The notes: generated by a model from the letters alone, not told the origin. DNA of 63,958 nucleotides, filler included, from Bigelowiella natans CCMP2755 (GCA_000320545.1; 6 parts of 6 records of this genome joined end to end with filler, not necessarily neighbours in it); one strand, 5' to 3'; positions 1 to 14,150 are shown, counted from the whole stretch's first letter. Translations and numbers: made by a program.

Positions 1-216
1 TAGCTCACTCGGCTTATTGGCACATATACCACAATGGAACAATGCGATATACGATGTGTACGTCACCCTAGCAGCTAAATCTAACATAATTTAGTGTATG
101 GGCGAGTCTACTTTCGCAATCAATATCTAGTACAACACGTCATCTCGTGCACTGCAAATTTTGTATCTTGAAAATAAACTTAGTTGATCTTCAAATGGTC
201 TCTGTAATAAGAGCAC

Positions 217-1774
217 CTATTTTAAGTTGACCCCAGTTTTCGCTTTCGCCTTGGCGGCTTGAGCCCTTGCTCTGCGTTTTGCTTCGAGAAGAGCTTTGCT
301 AGGGCCTCTTCTGGACGCAATTCTCGAAACTGGCTTTTTAACTACCTTTCTAACAGCAAACATCTGGCCATACCTCATAGAATTAACAGTCTTCTTGCTG
401 AGGTGAGAAGGAGGTGCGACGTTCACAAGCATCACACTGTCAGTATCCTTCTCGGTCGTAGGCATCAGCACCTCCTCCAACAAACGTGTCATTTGAGAAT
501 TTCTGAACGGCAGTTTTTTGGTTTGACGCGTCTGCAAGCCACGAATACATTCTTTTAAAGCCAGCAAACTCTTATTGATTGCCTGACTCTCTTTTCGTTG
601 CTGTGCTGTATGACCATTTGTGCCAATGTCCCTCGCATCGCTATCAGAGCCAGCGAGATCCACCACCATCATCTTGCCTCCAAGAGGATGGCCTTTTCTA
701 AACATTGACTCAATGGTAGCATTTAGACCTTCAATCTTTTTCTCCACAGCTATTATTCTATGTCTCAACTCCATTGTGCGTTTCTTCGCATATTCTGTCT
801 GCATTGCAGGCTTGATACTTTCAGTTTCCTCTAATTCATTCATTGCATCTAGCAAGGGCTGATTTACAATATCCAAGCGGAAAATGGCATGGCTGCGACT
901 ACTTTGGTCATGCTCTGTAGATGAGCCCACCGCCCTATGCTTGGAAGATAGCTTTTGAATCTTGTCCAAGTCTTCACTGGACTGAACAATCATAGTCGTT
1001 ATTCCAGAGGTTACAACCGCAAATTTGGCACCTTTTTTCTTTGCCTCTTCAGCGGAAAGAGTAGTTTTCTTGGTAGTCCCTCTGACCATGAGCTGCCCAC
1101 TTTTATTTATTCGGAGTGTGCACTTCTTACGCTCTCCGAGTAAGTCAAAAACGACGTCGTTGTACACCTCGGCAACAGTGATTTGAAGCATTAGTGGGTT
1201 CTTCTGGAGATCTGGGTTGGTGTCGTTTTCTTTTGTAATCTTGCCAAGTAATTCATCAGCAGCGAGGCGATATAATCCAATTTCCTTAGCACTGTCACTA
1301 CCAAAAACGGTATGCGTCTTTCCTGCTCCAGTGTAGCCATAACAGAACAACGAAGCCGTCCCTCCTTTCATTACCGTGGAAAGCCGCGGTAGGAAAGCGT
1401 GCTTGAATACTGAAACGTTATTCTCCTTTTCGCCGAATACACCATCGAACCCACCAATTGGTCGTGGCGCTTCTAGTGCAACAACCTATATAATCGTATA
1501 TAGATGCGAGCATGTGTAAGGGGTTGCCGAACTGCCTGTCTTGCAACGGTATGATGAGCAATTTCTTGTATACGTGTTATCTCAATCACTTCTAATTTAC
1601 CTGTCCGGACTCAGGTAAGTCACTCGTTAATTTGAGCCCCTCTAGGTGCGTGACATTCTTCTTAAGCCGTTCTAGCTTAAGGAGTGGTCGCACTCGGACA
1701 TAAACATATACGCCAGTTTTAGATTTCTGATCGCCCTCTCGTGTCTTCACAGGAGGCTTTGGTTTCTTCTCCAT
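217..1774 (-). CDS. Kinesin motor protein (kinesin-13-like signature), 2 exons: 1774-1601 and 1485-217
   Basis: VYVRVRP; P-loop GYTGAGKTHT; switch I SSRSHA; switch II variant DLAGSD; INKSLLALKECIR; PFRNSQMTRLL. GT-AG intron 1600-1486 joins the exons in frame. Confidence 0.93.
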
Positions 1775-2219
1775 TTCGCCGATGATGGCCTCTTTTGCGT
1801 TATTTCAAGATAGATTCACGTCGCTTAGAAAACTAAGAAAGAGAAAAAGAGAGGAGGGCGTCTAGGGGACGTGTGGAGGAAATGTGGCGGGAACGAGTGC
1901 CTGTTTCTCTCCTCTTCTTGCCCTCTTCGGGAAAATCGGTTAGATCATAAAACATCCTGAAACTTACCAAATGTTTAAAAATAAAAGGTACGAACAAGTC
2001 ATAATTATGGCTGGCTCTACACAATCTAACAGCACAGGATGCTGTACCAATGATGCCTAAAACATCGCATCAATGATGCCCAAAAAACATCCCGCTACAT
2101 GCATCAGCAGACTCGAGGGAGTCTCCCGAGTTTGTTTTTTTTGGAGCAAATCGCCTCAAAACCCGCATCGAAATTTTCAGAATCGGTATTTCTTTATTAC
2201 ATCCCCTGCTGGTTGTATC

Positions 2220-2892
2220 ATGAGGGGAGTAGCGTGGGTGGCGGCCTCCTTTCTTCTTCCTTTTCTTACCTCTGTCAGAGGAGAATGGGAGGTTCAAAGC
2301 CAAAATACATCATTGCTATCGACAGTCTCTTCGGGAGAATGGGTGCCATACCTAAAGAAAAGCGCAGAGGCATGGCCCGAAGAGAACACCGAGAATGATC
2401 CTGAAACTTGGATCTCCTTCATTGGAAACCCACAGATCACAACGAACGTAAATGGTGTTGTAAACCAGCAGAAGAGACCCAATAAGCCAGTGTACGTAGA
2501 ACACGTTATGAAGTGCGGAGGCACCTCTCTTTGCCAAGATCTCTCTCAGCACTTCGAATGTAACACAACCCATTTGAAGAACTGTCGTCCAGACTCCGTA
2601 GAGAATCGTTTCAAAGCTGTTGTAGGAAAGGATTGGCGAGATCCTAGCATTACTTCAGAGGAGGCGAAGATGGGCATGGAGACATTTGATGATCCGCTTT
2701 GCGGTCTTGCATTCAACGAGCCGGCATACCTAAAGAGAACCGAGCGGAATTTTGAGCCCATGGCTAGATACAAAGATCTCGAGTCTAAATTTTGGGATGC
2801 ATACACAACGATGCTCCTGGTTCGCGACCCATGGGAAAGGTAGAAGACGACTGTTGGCATGTTGGAGAGAGGCCGTGCATGTAGGAGACCAT

Positions 2893-2930
<38 letters not shown>

Positions 2931-3425
2931 ACTTTACAAGGCTGATCTACTAAATAATCCAGGTACCTTTCCCACCTTCTACAATGGAGCTTCATACACC
3001 ATTTTCAATTTCACGATGACAAACCCGCACCGGACATAATTCTATCGGACAGCGACAAGGTGTTTGGTTCCTACGAGGTGAAGGTCCTCCGGAAGAACTT
3101 CATCACTCAGCATCTTGTTCCAGGCTTTAGGAGAAATCCATCAGTGTGTACTGAGAAAGTTCTTCAAAGTGCCAAGAGAGCTGTTGATCGCTTCGATATT
3201 GTGCTGGACTTCAAAGGTCTTCCCATCGAATCCGCTTCAATCCTCGAGGCTCAATTTGGCCTCCATGCCACTCCGCCAGCGGAAGGCGATCGCATCACTG
3301 GAGTAATTTGGCCTCCCCCTTCAGAACATCAAGCAATAAAATTCAAGTCCATCAATGAATGCGATTATAAATTACTTGAATATGCGCGAAAGAAAATCAT
3401 CAAAAAGTATCAAAAACTGAAATAG
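2220..3425 (+). CDS. Secretory-pathway sulfotransferase-like protein (Sulfotransfer_2/carbohydrate sulfotransferase type), exons 2220-2839 and 2963-3425
   Basis: Signal-peptide-like MRGVAWVAASFLLPFLTSVRG; 5'-PSB motif HVMKCGGTS. Splicing out the (GA)n-containing intron restores the 3'-PB motif LVRDPWERYLSH. Confidence 0.8.
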
Positions 3426-4236
3426 ACTACAGATGCTTCAATTTCATTTAAGAACTGGATTCGTTGCTCAAGAACGACATCTGTGCATGTACGACCTCAG
3501 AACGCTTTCATGCGGTGACAATTGTGCACAGATGTGCATATCATGTAGCTAGACTCACACCTCGCTAGACTTCTAATGTGTCGCATCGCAATCGGATTGA
3601 AGGCAAAGCTGTCATTGAAAACTTGCTCAGAATTGACTTGCATGCCAACAGAGCTCATTGCGATTTGTTGCGCAAATCATGCAATTGTGAACACCTTGCT
3701 TTTTGATTGATCCTAAATTCAACGCTCTGCTAGCTCTGGCGCTCTGGCGCTCAGCATCGTGCAAAATGGCTCTACTAGAGCTCCACCTCAATGACCAGAA
3801 AAACAGATGATTCACGAAGAGCCATGCTAGCGAGAGTGCGCGCACATGAACATGCACGTGCACACTTAGACATGCATCGTCCGTATGTTGCGAACGCTGG
3901 AATGTGGAAGGGCACATTGCAATTCCTTTATTGTGGGTTGAAAGCGAACCATATCTGCTAGCATCATTGAACCATCTTGCAGTTCTAGAGCTAGCTCTAG
4001 AGCTAGTTGGTGCTTCATGATGCAGAAGGCACACTAGCTAGCTAGTACACATAAGAGAAAATTTCGCTCACTACCTGAAGAACAATTGCATTCTAGCACT
4101 GCATGATTCATTGCGTGCAGGATTAATTGCGCAACTCACTCTAGTTGTCATTGCTTGCAGACGAAACCATGTTTGCGCCACATCTATGCATGCGATGGTC
4201 TTTGTTCATGATAGACTTATTCACAACATGATTCCA

Positions 4237-5784
4237 TCAAGCAGCATAGAGTTGGAAATACCCATTTATTGCCGCCGATAGATATAAACCGAAGTCAACG
4301 ACAGGATCGTAATTTTCGTTCTCTCTTTCGTAAACTTCAGACCAACTGCCTCCCCCATCATCCTTTTCAGTTTGGACAGAATCTCGGCGTCTAAATTGAA
4401 GGTATGCTAATGCAGCAAACGAATAACTCACCTACATCGTAGACATATTTAAAAAAAAAAAATGTAAATACGAAGGTCGCCACATGGAACCTCTCACTGA
4501 CCACTACGAGCAAGAAGGTCCCAATACATATTAAGCGATTTAGACGTCGAATAATTGGGCGATATCTATCTGCTGGTTTTCTGGTGGATTGACTAATAGA
4601 TACAGGAGAAGTCGGGAAGGTGCGGCCGAGACCGAAAGCCTTTCCCACAGTTGATGAACTCGGAGAGGATTTAGTTTTCATATATGACACATTTGAGTTT
4701 AGTTTTACATTTGCGACACCATATGGCTCGTTCCCGTCAGATTTCGTGTCGGCCAGACTTTTTGAGAACGGGTTTACAGAGTTGTTCTTGGCAGATTGCA
4801 CATTCAAGGAGTTTTTCATGGTAGATTCCACATTTTTCCATGTGCTAAAAATCAACGACCGTAACCGAATGAGATTGAAAAGGTATGTGCCACCCGCGGT
4901 TAATGTTGTGAAGGCCGTTGTGACATGAAGCACAGCAGCCCAATTAAAACTATTTGTCACTAGGGTTCCAACTGTTCTCAGAATAACTGCAATCAGACAG
5001 ATACTTACGCCTGAAAATGTAGCAATGATTTAGACACATTTCGTCGCAAAACTCAACGGCTCCGGTTATGACCTGCTTTCAAAAACTTTGGAAGAATTAC
5101 AGGAAGGCGTGTTGTTAAATTTGCGGCAGCGTATTGTGCTTTTGCTATTATTAAGGATAGATACTATGCAAAAATAAGCTAGTCAGACAAGGAGAGAAGG
5201 TTGGACATTAGGAAAGAAGCTTGACCCATAACTCCATTTGGAAGGTTGCCTTTGATTACACAAAACTATACTGAGCTATGCGTTAGAGAATAAATAATAC
5301 TTATACCGTTATCATTCCTTGTAGAACAGTATAAAACTGCCATCCAGCCGATCCTGGATCATGTATAGTCTGGAAGATTTCACTAATGTCATGTATTCTC
5401 GAGAAAATTATCAATGAAGAACATATACCAGGAACCATACAAGAAGCGCAACAGCTGTGAAGGTTGTGAACCTAACCAAATTTGCTGTCTCAATGACATG
5501 TAGAATGTTTTCACGTTCACGTACCGTCGAAGAGTAAGCTTAAATGTTGCGGGGGAATCGTTCTTACGGAGGAGGTAAATCCCATAACCTATTTCTCCTA
5601 AAGCAATAAGAGACTTGATGATGTCGCTTATAAACCTGCAAGAATACGAGTCATGAGAGAAAGGCTTTATCACGTGGTGGGGTAGGGGATGACCAAGTCG
5701 GATCGCCGTCACCAGACATTCCAAGAGTATCAGAGAAGAGCTTCTTGACTGTTCTTGGAATATGCAGACATAATTGTAGGCCAT
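4237..5784 (-). CDS. Multi-exon, multi-pass membrane protein of unknown function (start approximate)
   Basis: Several hydrophobic segments in successive exons (e.g. AAVLHVTTAFTTLTAGGTYLF, LICIGTFLLVVVS/YSFAALAYL, FGLYLSAAINGYFQLYAA) flank a long Ser/Lys-rich loop; GT-AG boundaries are visible. Confidence 0.6.
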
Positions 5785-6103
5785 CCGTACTACCAACGAA
5801 TCAACGGCGATAATTTTGTAAAATTTCAATCTTTTCGATGTCGCAAATGGTAAAATTGTTTGTCCGGCGGGACCGCTCCACACAGCTCCGAAAACGCGTA
5901 TACTCCACAAAAATGAGTTTTGAGGCACGAGTGAAACAATGAAGATAGTATCACGAATTTAGCTTGCGACAACAACTTTCATCCTAAACAGTTAACAAAT
6001 AACAAAAGCCCATTTGGCGGGAGGTTTATCATGCGACAAGGCATATGCCTTGTCGTAACCTGGTCTTTGCTTTATTAATTAAAACTTCCCAAGATCCACA
6101 ATC

Positions 6104-6857
6104 ATGGCCATCCCTTCCCTGTTCCACGTAGCTCTCTTTGCAACAGCCCTTGGTGTCTCTGCTCTGGATGATACCGCGGATATCTGCAGCAAAAGTGCGA
6201 CTGGTCTTTCCGATGGACAGCTAGCGGTGACATGCTACTCGGGAAACTTTCTCACCAAAATGCTGGGAGAGCTAAATCAAGGTACCATGAAAACTCGAAT
6301 CGACGGGCACATTGAAGATTCTATGATAAACTGTAGGGCAGAACAAGACCGCTGAACATGTTAGAGTACACCTATTGCCCTACTTGGGTGGTAATATGAC
6401 ACTGGCTGCCCTGCAAGTGGATTCACCAGACGACCCAACCTGCACCGTATGGTAAATCTCACTTACCAATAATCCCTGTTATCTTGTACGTTCAGCTCAA
6501 ATGCCAAATTTTCTCTCGAACAGCTACACTGACAAAGATACATCGGTCGGTCTTACTTCACTGCGAAATTCTCTGACCCCTGAACAAATAACTGCATACG
6601 ATTCACTTGGCGTATGCTATGCCCGATTAACGGAAGCAATCATGCTTGCACTACCGAAATCTCCATGTGGGGTTTGGCTACGAGCCACACCGGAGGTAAA
6701 ATTTGATTCACTGTGGTGTATTTTTTTGCTTATGGGATTCATATCGTTCCATAATCGTCTAAACGATGCCTCGCAGGTGACACCTTATGACCAGGTCCTA
6801 GCAATGATGAAAGGGATCTTTGGTGAAGCTGTTAATCCATCTCTCTGCCCTCAATGA
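6104..6857 (+). CDS. Small secreted Cys-containing protein, about 4 exons
   Basis: Signal peptide MAIPSLFHVALFATALGVSA; short GT-AG introns near 6282-6366, 6452-6522 and 6696-6776; several Cys residues. Confidence 0.65.
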
Positions 6858-7929
6858 GATGTACAGGCAGTCAAAATGTGTCGTTAAAACATTTATACAT
6901 ATCATTTTGGGAAGATGTATTTTAAGAGCGTGCTATTTTATAGTTCAATCATCAACCTATGGACAGCGATGCGCGTGTGCACGTTTAATTGCTGTTTGCA
7001 TAGTGCCGGTGGAGCTTCTAGAGCAAATTGGCTGATTATATACCTTGCATGATGCATGGTTAATATCTAGACATGTGCACTTAGGTGCCAATCTCACTTA
7101 GCACTTTGTTGCATGCCGTGTCTCGATGTTCTCTTTTCTTGAATCGGATCAATATCTGCATCGCAGTGAAGATGGATAGAATGATGAGTCGCTTACCTTC
7201 TCCCGATTTCATGCATTGCAATTCGCTGCGACGAACATGTTTTCTTCGTCATTGACTCGCTAGCTTGGTCAACTCTTGTTCGGCGCAGAAATGGCACATT
7301 CCCACCCGACAAGATGAGATTTATAATCGTCTGTGAATCTTGTCTTGTGGCGCGCCGTTTCGCGATCGATCAGCAGAAGCCATCCTGCATGATGGCATTC
7401 ACAGAGGCCCACAGCAGCCATCTAGCCATGCTAGCATGTGCCGTTACTTGCTTGGATGGTGGCCTCATGTGCTCATGATAATCATGCACAATCTAGCAAT
7501 AATCCATGATTTATATCTCAATGCACAGCTAGACAGCTGTAATTTCTAGTTTTGTGGGCTTTGTGTGTGCACATGCATGTTGCACAGCTGTTGTCTACTA
7601 GTCTACAGCGTTTCCAGCGTCGCATCGTGACATGCCAGGCTCATCTAATTCATGCCTAGGGGCAATAAATCGCAATGCATCACATGCGATCATCGGCACA
7701 CGAAAATTGATACATTAGCGAGATGAACTATTGCTTCACGGAAATTGTCAGATTGCACTTCGTCTGTATTTAGGAGAGACAAAAATTGATGACTCAGCAG
7801 AATCTGTAGCCAAAACTGTGAAAGTGATGTTTTCATTCCCCTATTGGAAAAGTGGAAATGACTCTGAAGCTCATGCATTTTGATTGTTTGAGAAGATGTA
7901 ACGTGTGTACTTTGATTGTTCGAGAATCA

Positions 7930-9378
7930 TCAGTATAGGCTATAAGCTTTAAATTGAGATCTTGATGTGGAAGTTGATTTTGCCGTCTTGTGGTTAGCCA
8001 ATTTTTTGTCCGTCAGGATTGTGTTATTGCTCGCGCTCGACTCCTCCTTTGTAACGACTGCTTGATATTCTTTTTCGTTAGTTCGTATCATCATATTTTC
8101 TTCGTCCAAATCTTCTGAAGAATTTCCTTGTTTCTTATCTGGAACTGACATTCTATCGTTTCTAGGAATTGAAATTAAATTGCCATTGGATATATTAACA
8201 TGTTCGCCAGCTGGGCTAAGATATGATGTTTTTTTCCCGGGGATTGACATCAAGTCATCGTTATGTGTGGAAGAATTTTTATTATTCTCTTTTGAGAGGA
8301 TTTGAAAACGTTGTCGATAACACATATATCCAATGATTAATGCGAGAACAACTACTATTGCAACCACCACTCCTGAGATCATGGCTGTATCTGAAGAGCC
8401 ACCCGAGTCATCTCCACCTCCACTTCCAATGGATGGTGGAGTTATCTGATCTGCTGTTGTCGGTGAGGTTGTTGGAGCAATCGAAGGACATTTTGATGGA
8501 GAAAATGTTTGCGTCGGTGATGAAGAAGTTGGAGAGTTTGTTGGACTTATGGATGAAGGTGAGTATGTAAAATCTGCTGGGGTAGGGCTTTTCGTCGGTG
8601 ACGAACTCGGAGTTCCTGTTAGAAGAGCCGCCTGGAGGCAAGCCTCCGAGCATACAAAGTCTACCATCGAAGACTCAGTCAGGTTTACAATTATTGGTGG
8701 AAGCCTTCCTTGTTGAGCTTGTCCAATGGTAATAACATTGAATGCTGTGAGACCAAGGGTTGGCCCATTTAAATCTGCTCTATTAGATCTGCCCGATGGA
8801 GATATAGTAGCGCTCGCAAAAACAAGCGCACAAACCGTGCGACCATCTAATTCCTGGATATCACTTTCTCTATCAAATTCTTCAATTCCTCTCACCCTCT
8901 CCAAATTTTCTGAGTCTCGAGCTGGGCCTTGTGACAAAATGAAGTCTATAATATTGAAATTGTCTTCATCGCCCCTTTGGGGGTCGTCGTTCCCGAAACA
9001 ATAAAACGCTTCGCTGCCTGGTTCACCTTACAGAGAAGAGACATTAGATGTAATTAGCAGATGACTTATGTGAAGAAAACCTGAGTCTAAAGTAAGAGGA
9101 GCGAAAGGAGTAATGTCTCGTCCCTGCGTAAATAGAGGTGGAAACCTTGTTTGGAAAGTTGGATTATTATTTCCATTGATGCAAACTGCTGGATCTCCAT
9201 TTCCACATCCCGGAGGATCATTGTCCACAATATCTGATATAGCTTGTGCTCCGGTGGAAACAGTATCACTACTTGCGATCATTATAAACGTCGAAGGGCA
9301 ATTTGGAGTTGCATCAGCCACCACAAGTAGGATGCGCGCATCGAAAAAGCAGAAAGACCAGCCCCTGGCGGCCATCAT
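7930..9378 (-). CDS. Type I membrane protein with Ser/Pro/Thr stalk
   Basis: Signal-like N-terminus (9378), short intron near 9028-9082, PTxSPT repeats, one TM helix MISGVVVAIVVVLALIIGYMCY followed by RQR and a cytoplasmic tail. Confidence 0.75.
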
Positions 9379-9926
9379 TATTTTAATGAAAACGAGCAGC
9401 GGTCACAGATAATCAAAAATTAGATAAATTTGAAGTCGTAAGTAGAAAATATAGGACTTTTTAATATGCGACACGCTCCGAGCACGTGTAAGCTCCTCAC
9501 AGCACAATTATAGGTCTGAAGATTTTGTTCATAATTTGCATGTCGCGCACTTTTGTCGTGTTTGTTTCACCGATGAAATAAACACCCTGCATTAATAACC
9601 TCAATGGAACATGGATTCCCCATTTCCAGTTCGAAACACAGTAATATTCAGGGAGTTTCCAATTAAGGCTTAATCGAACCTACGACATGCAGCTATGCTG
9701 TTTTTGCGACAAATTCAGTCACGCGCATCTGTGAGATGGAAGGGGGCAATGACAACGATGACCCCCTGTTGCCCAATAAACCCTCCTTAAGCTCTGCAAA
9801 GAAAGAAAGAAAACATGGTAATAGATTTGTGATAGGATTTGAAATGAACTGAATGTTATTTACCTGCGTGCATTGGATGTATTTCCAACACTTTACTAGC
9901 AATTTCACTCTATCAACATTTCATGA

Positions 9927-12900
9927 ATGGCTGTAAGATGTTCACGAAAATATTGTCACTTATCAGGAAAGAAAAAGGGTAGAGGCTTGAAGGCACGTCC
10001 AAAGGGAAAACCTGGATTAAGCAAAAACAAGCGTCCAACAAAATCTCCCGATAGTCGGAGATCAAAATCTTTCCTCAAAGATGCCGACAACATCGGCCCA
10101 TATTTGGTTGGGAAAGCAGATTCGATCACAAGCTATGTCTCCGGGAATAACAATCGATTAAAATAGCTCTCCATTAGGTGATGAAAAAAATTGGGAAAGG
10201 AGCAATGGGAACTGTGTTTATGGCAACCAAAAAGGATGACGGTCGAACGCATGCTATAAAAAGGTCTTGACTCGTTTTTATATACATCATAAGACTGAGA
10301 TTATATCATAATCAGAGTGAGTTTGAAGAAAATTCCCGAAATTGAAAGGGAGGGGCTAGAAACTGAAATTAAGATGCTGAAAGTGAGAATAATCTCTTTA
10401 AATTGATTGCTGATTGGGCAACTTTTCATCGATATGGATTCGCTTTATTTAGTAATAACGCATATGTGTTGTTATTTGCCAATATTCGGATTTGTTTCCC
10501 TGTATAAACTGGGTTGGACGATTGGACGTTGACGGTCGAATAATCTACAGTATTTGAGTCATCCAGTAAGATTTCAATTCTCTTACAAGTAAAAATCTGT
10601 TAACATTCAATACTAACCTGTTGTTTTGACCAGAATATAGTTAAATATGTGGATACAATACGAGAGGCCAATTATTTGAATATCGTCTTGGAATATGTGA
10701 GTAAATTTCGGATACATTTTTGATAATTTTAAAACTTATTATTTTTATATTCAGGTTCCAAATGGAGCATTGTCAACAATGTTAGGGAAGTTCGGAGTAT
10801 TTAATGAAACGTTGACATGCCATTATGTTTCACAGGTTATCATACATGTTTGTAATACACCAGCACAACTAACACCATATGTTTGTCAGACACTAGACGC
10901 CCTTGTTTACCTACATCAGCAAGGAATTATCCACAGAGATATAAAGGGGGCTAACATCTTAGCTGATGCAGATGGTGTAGTGAAGTTGACAGATTTTGGA
11001 GTAGCGATGAAGTTCAGACAAGATCTGAGCGATGACAGCGAGGAACATGTCCCAGCTGGGACAATGAATTTTATGGCACCTGGTAAATATTGAGATAAAT
11101 ATTGAGAGCTTAAGCTAAAGTATGATGATAATATTTCATAGAAATTGTCAAGATGGCTAGCCCGCCGACCTATGCGTGTGACATATGGAGTGTAGGTTGT
11201 ACATTTCAATGTACAAGATCCATTGTTCAAGTATTGAAATAAGTACAATGGCAGGCGCAACTGTTATTGAATTACTCACGGGAAATCCACCGTATTCGGA
11301 CGAAGAGGGAATGGCTATATGTTACAGAATTGTGAACGATGATCATCCCCCTTGTAAGTTGATATAGAATGGAGTATTATCCTTCTTTAACGGAAATATC
11401 TTTAACCAGTACCAGCGAACATAAGCCCAGCATGCAAGTATTTTCTCTTAGAGTGCTTCCAGAAAGATCCTGATCTCCGCATTAGTGCAAAGACACTACA
11501 ATCCCATGACTGGTTAGAGATGCACAGGGCAAATGTGGCCAAAAAAAGGGAAGACCCTAAGTCCGAGGGGAAAGAGCTCAATAAGAGACTTGCCAGAATA
11601 GAAGAAAGTGATGAAATGGAATCCTTCTCGCCGAGATCCCCCACCTCCAAGAAAATTGCAACGATTCGCTCGTAAGAAACTACTTCTGAGATGGTAGCTG
11701 CTTCTGAACTTCTGACATCTGACATAACTTATGTATCTTTAGGAGTGCCCTTAGTACAGGTATCAAGCCAAATCTGGAGAAATACGCTGAGACAGAAGAA
11801 GATATTAACTTTGATGATCTTGATCTTGACATTGACGATAGCTCTGTATTCAATCTCGAGGAATCTGAAGACCAGGTAAATGCAAATAAGATGTAATCCA
11901 ATACCAAATATTTAAGTATGGACTTAGGTGATGACGTTTGAGATACATTGGGATGAGAAAGACAATTTCAAGTTGGATGTGGGTTAGGCCCTTAATTGTA
12001 TTTTGTCATTACAAAATACTTAATGAGTGCATTTAGGTGATGAACTCAGATATTCGTTTGAGCAACAGTTTAAGGAACTTGATCCATCAAGCAAGAGTGG
12101 AACTAATCCAATCGAGATCCTCAACCAGCTTCAGGATGTAACCAAGAAAAATCCTACGGAAGTGTCGAAGTTGATCCTGGATATTGTGACCCCGGGAGGG
12201 ACAGGACTCATGATCTTAATGGACCTTTTAGGACCGGCTAACAATTCCAACCCTGATATAGCACGAAATGTAATAAAATGGATAAATACCCTTCTCCGGG
12301 AACAGATGTCAAAGGAAGGGAAAATTCGCAGCAGAACTAAACTTCAAGAAAGAGTATGCATCTTAGGATATGTGAACGTGGTGCTTAACTTCTGTCATAA
12401 AAGGTGCTAAATTTTAATGGCATTACTTCATTCTTAAATGTCCTTCAATGGTTTCAGTTACCCTTCGTTGCTTCGATTGGAGGCCGCGGAATTTGCAAAG
12501 CTTTTGTGTTTCTCAAATTCGTATACGCGAAAAATGTTGTGCGCCTGTGGCGGTCTGCGTGTCCTTATTGCATTGTTTGATTGGAAAGAGAAGGTTATTT
12601 CCCTTCCAAATCGTAGAGTTTCTCGTCCACTGTTGCCTTTCAATTTTTCTTTCAACTCTAGTAGCGAACCAAATTCAAACTCATCATCTCCATCTTCGAA
12701 GCTAAAGCAGCTGAACTTGGAAAAGGATCTTGTGGAAAGCAAAATCTTAGATGATGTCCAGCATAAATTAATTTGTACGGCTATCGATTGCATCGAAGAA
12801 ATTTTCAAGATACATGACAGCCCCAAGGATGATTTTTGTCGGTTGTTTTGCGAGTATGGGGTCTTGCCTCGTTTATCTCGATCATTTGATCTTCTAAAAA

Positions 12901-14150
12901 GAGTAAAAGACGATAAATACGTCGAAAAGGTTATTGAATTAATATCTGTTTTCTCCGGTGGGGATGTCTTAGTACGTAAAAGTATGGCATACTTTTGGAA
13001 ACCTGTATTACCTCATGTCATGGATTTAAAAGACAATCTTCTAGAAAAAACGATCAAAGCAATGAAAATGACATGTGGTCTCAAGGATCCTACAGCTTTG
13101 GATGAATTAGAAAATGTTGGAATGATTCAGGTTTTCCTTGGGATGCTCCGACATGATAGGAGAGAAATATACAATCAAGTACTTCTATGTCTTGACATGT
13201 TGCTAGATATCTCTCCACGAAGGGTGGAAAAGGCAGTCATTGCGGGTTTGATCCCTTGTTTGATAAAAATTGCACGTAAGGATGCGACGATGATCCAAAT
13301 CATAAAGAAAATACTTTGTTCTCTTCCCATGTCATCTGCAAAAGTACGTCTGGAACTCAAGAAACATGGAGTTTTCACATATTATCTCTCATGGCTGACA
13401 GAAGCCTCATGGAGATCTCAAGCATTATCCTCTCTAAGTTTATGGTTAAAAGAAGAGAAAAGATTTGTTGGGCAGCTTGTTACACAAGATGAACCAATTA
13501 AGGCGTTGACTTCGGTTTGTGTTGGGAGTACAATTTCTCTGAAGCAACTGTCCAGTTTACTCCCCATAATGAACTCAATGATAGACTATTGCCCAAAACT
13601 CGGAAATGCGCTTTCCGAATCTTCAGAATTTGTTGGGGGGCTTATAAACCATTTACAAAATCCCCTAAAAAACGATCCCATTGTAATTGGGATTCAGACC
13701 GCCGCCACTGAAATTCTCCATTCTTTATCTCAACAAACATCAGATATTAAAGATTTTGAAGACAGGCATCAAATTCTCACCGCCTTTGAAAGTGTTGCTC
13801 AAGATGCTAAAAAATTGGACAAAGTAAGATTATATCGAATTGCAGAAAGATGCTATCTTGACACAAAATGGAGGTATGACTGTTATAATGAGGATAATTT
13901 GATTAATATTAAGAAACATAAATTCTTGACCAGGTTGCAATCATCACTAAACGATTCGTTGGTTCTTTACGAAGAAAGAGAAGATGACGACGATTGCGAT
14001 GATTCACATGCTGGAAGCGAGAGAGAATCGAAGGCTTCAAGACAAACTCATGACACAGCGACCACCGACGAATATCTTAAAAATTTGGACGATGAAGATT
14101 TCGCTTCTGGGTGCGAACGCTCCTTAAAGAGAAATTGTGTGTCTCTGTGA
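9927..14150 (+). CDS. STE-group Ser/Thr kinase with C-terminal ARM/HEAT region (Cdc15/S. pombe Cdc7/SepA/MAP3K-epsilon-like)
   Basis: Across short exons: IGKGAMGTVF, HAIK, HRDIKGANIL, LTDFG, GTMNFMAP|E, CDIWSVG|ATVIELLTGNPPY. These are followed by about 700 aa of helical ARM-like sequence (e.g. MLCACGGLRVLI, DDFCRLFCEYGVLPRL). Confidence 0.88.

Noticed and set aside
2051-2092. Short imperfect tandem duplication (CAATGATGCC-AAAACATC twice) upstream of the sulfotransferase
   Set aside because: Only two short copies; most simply a local slippage event with no evidence of function.
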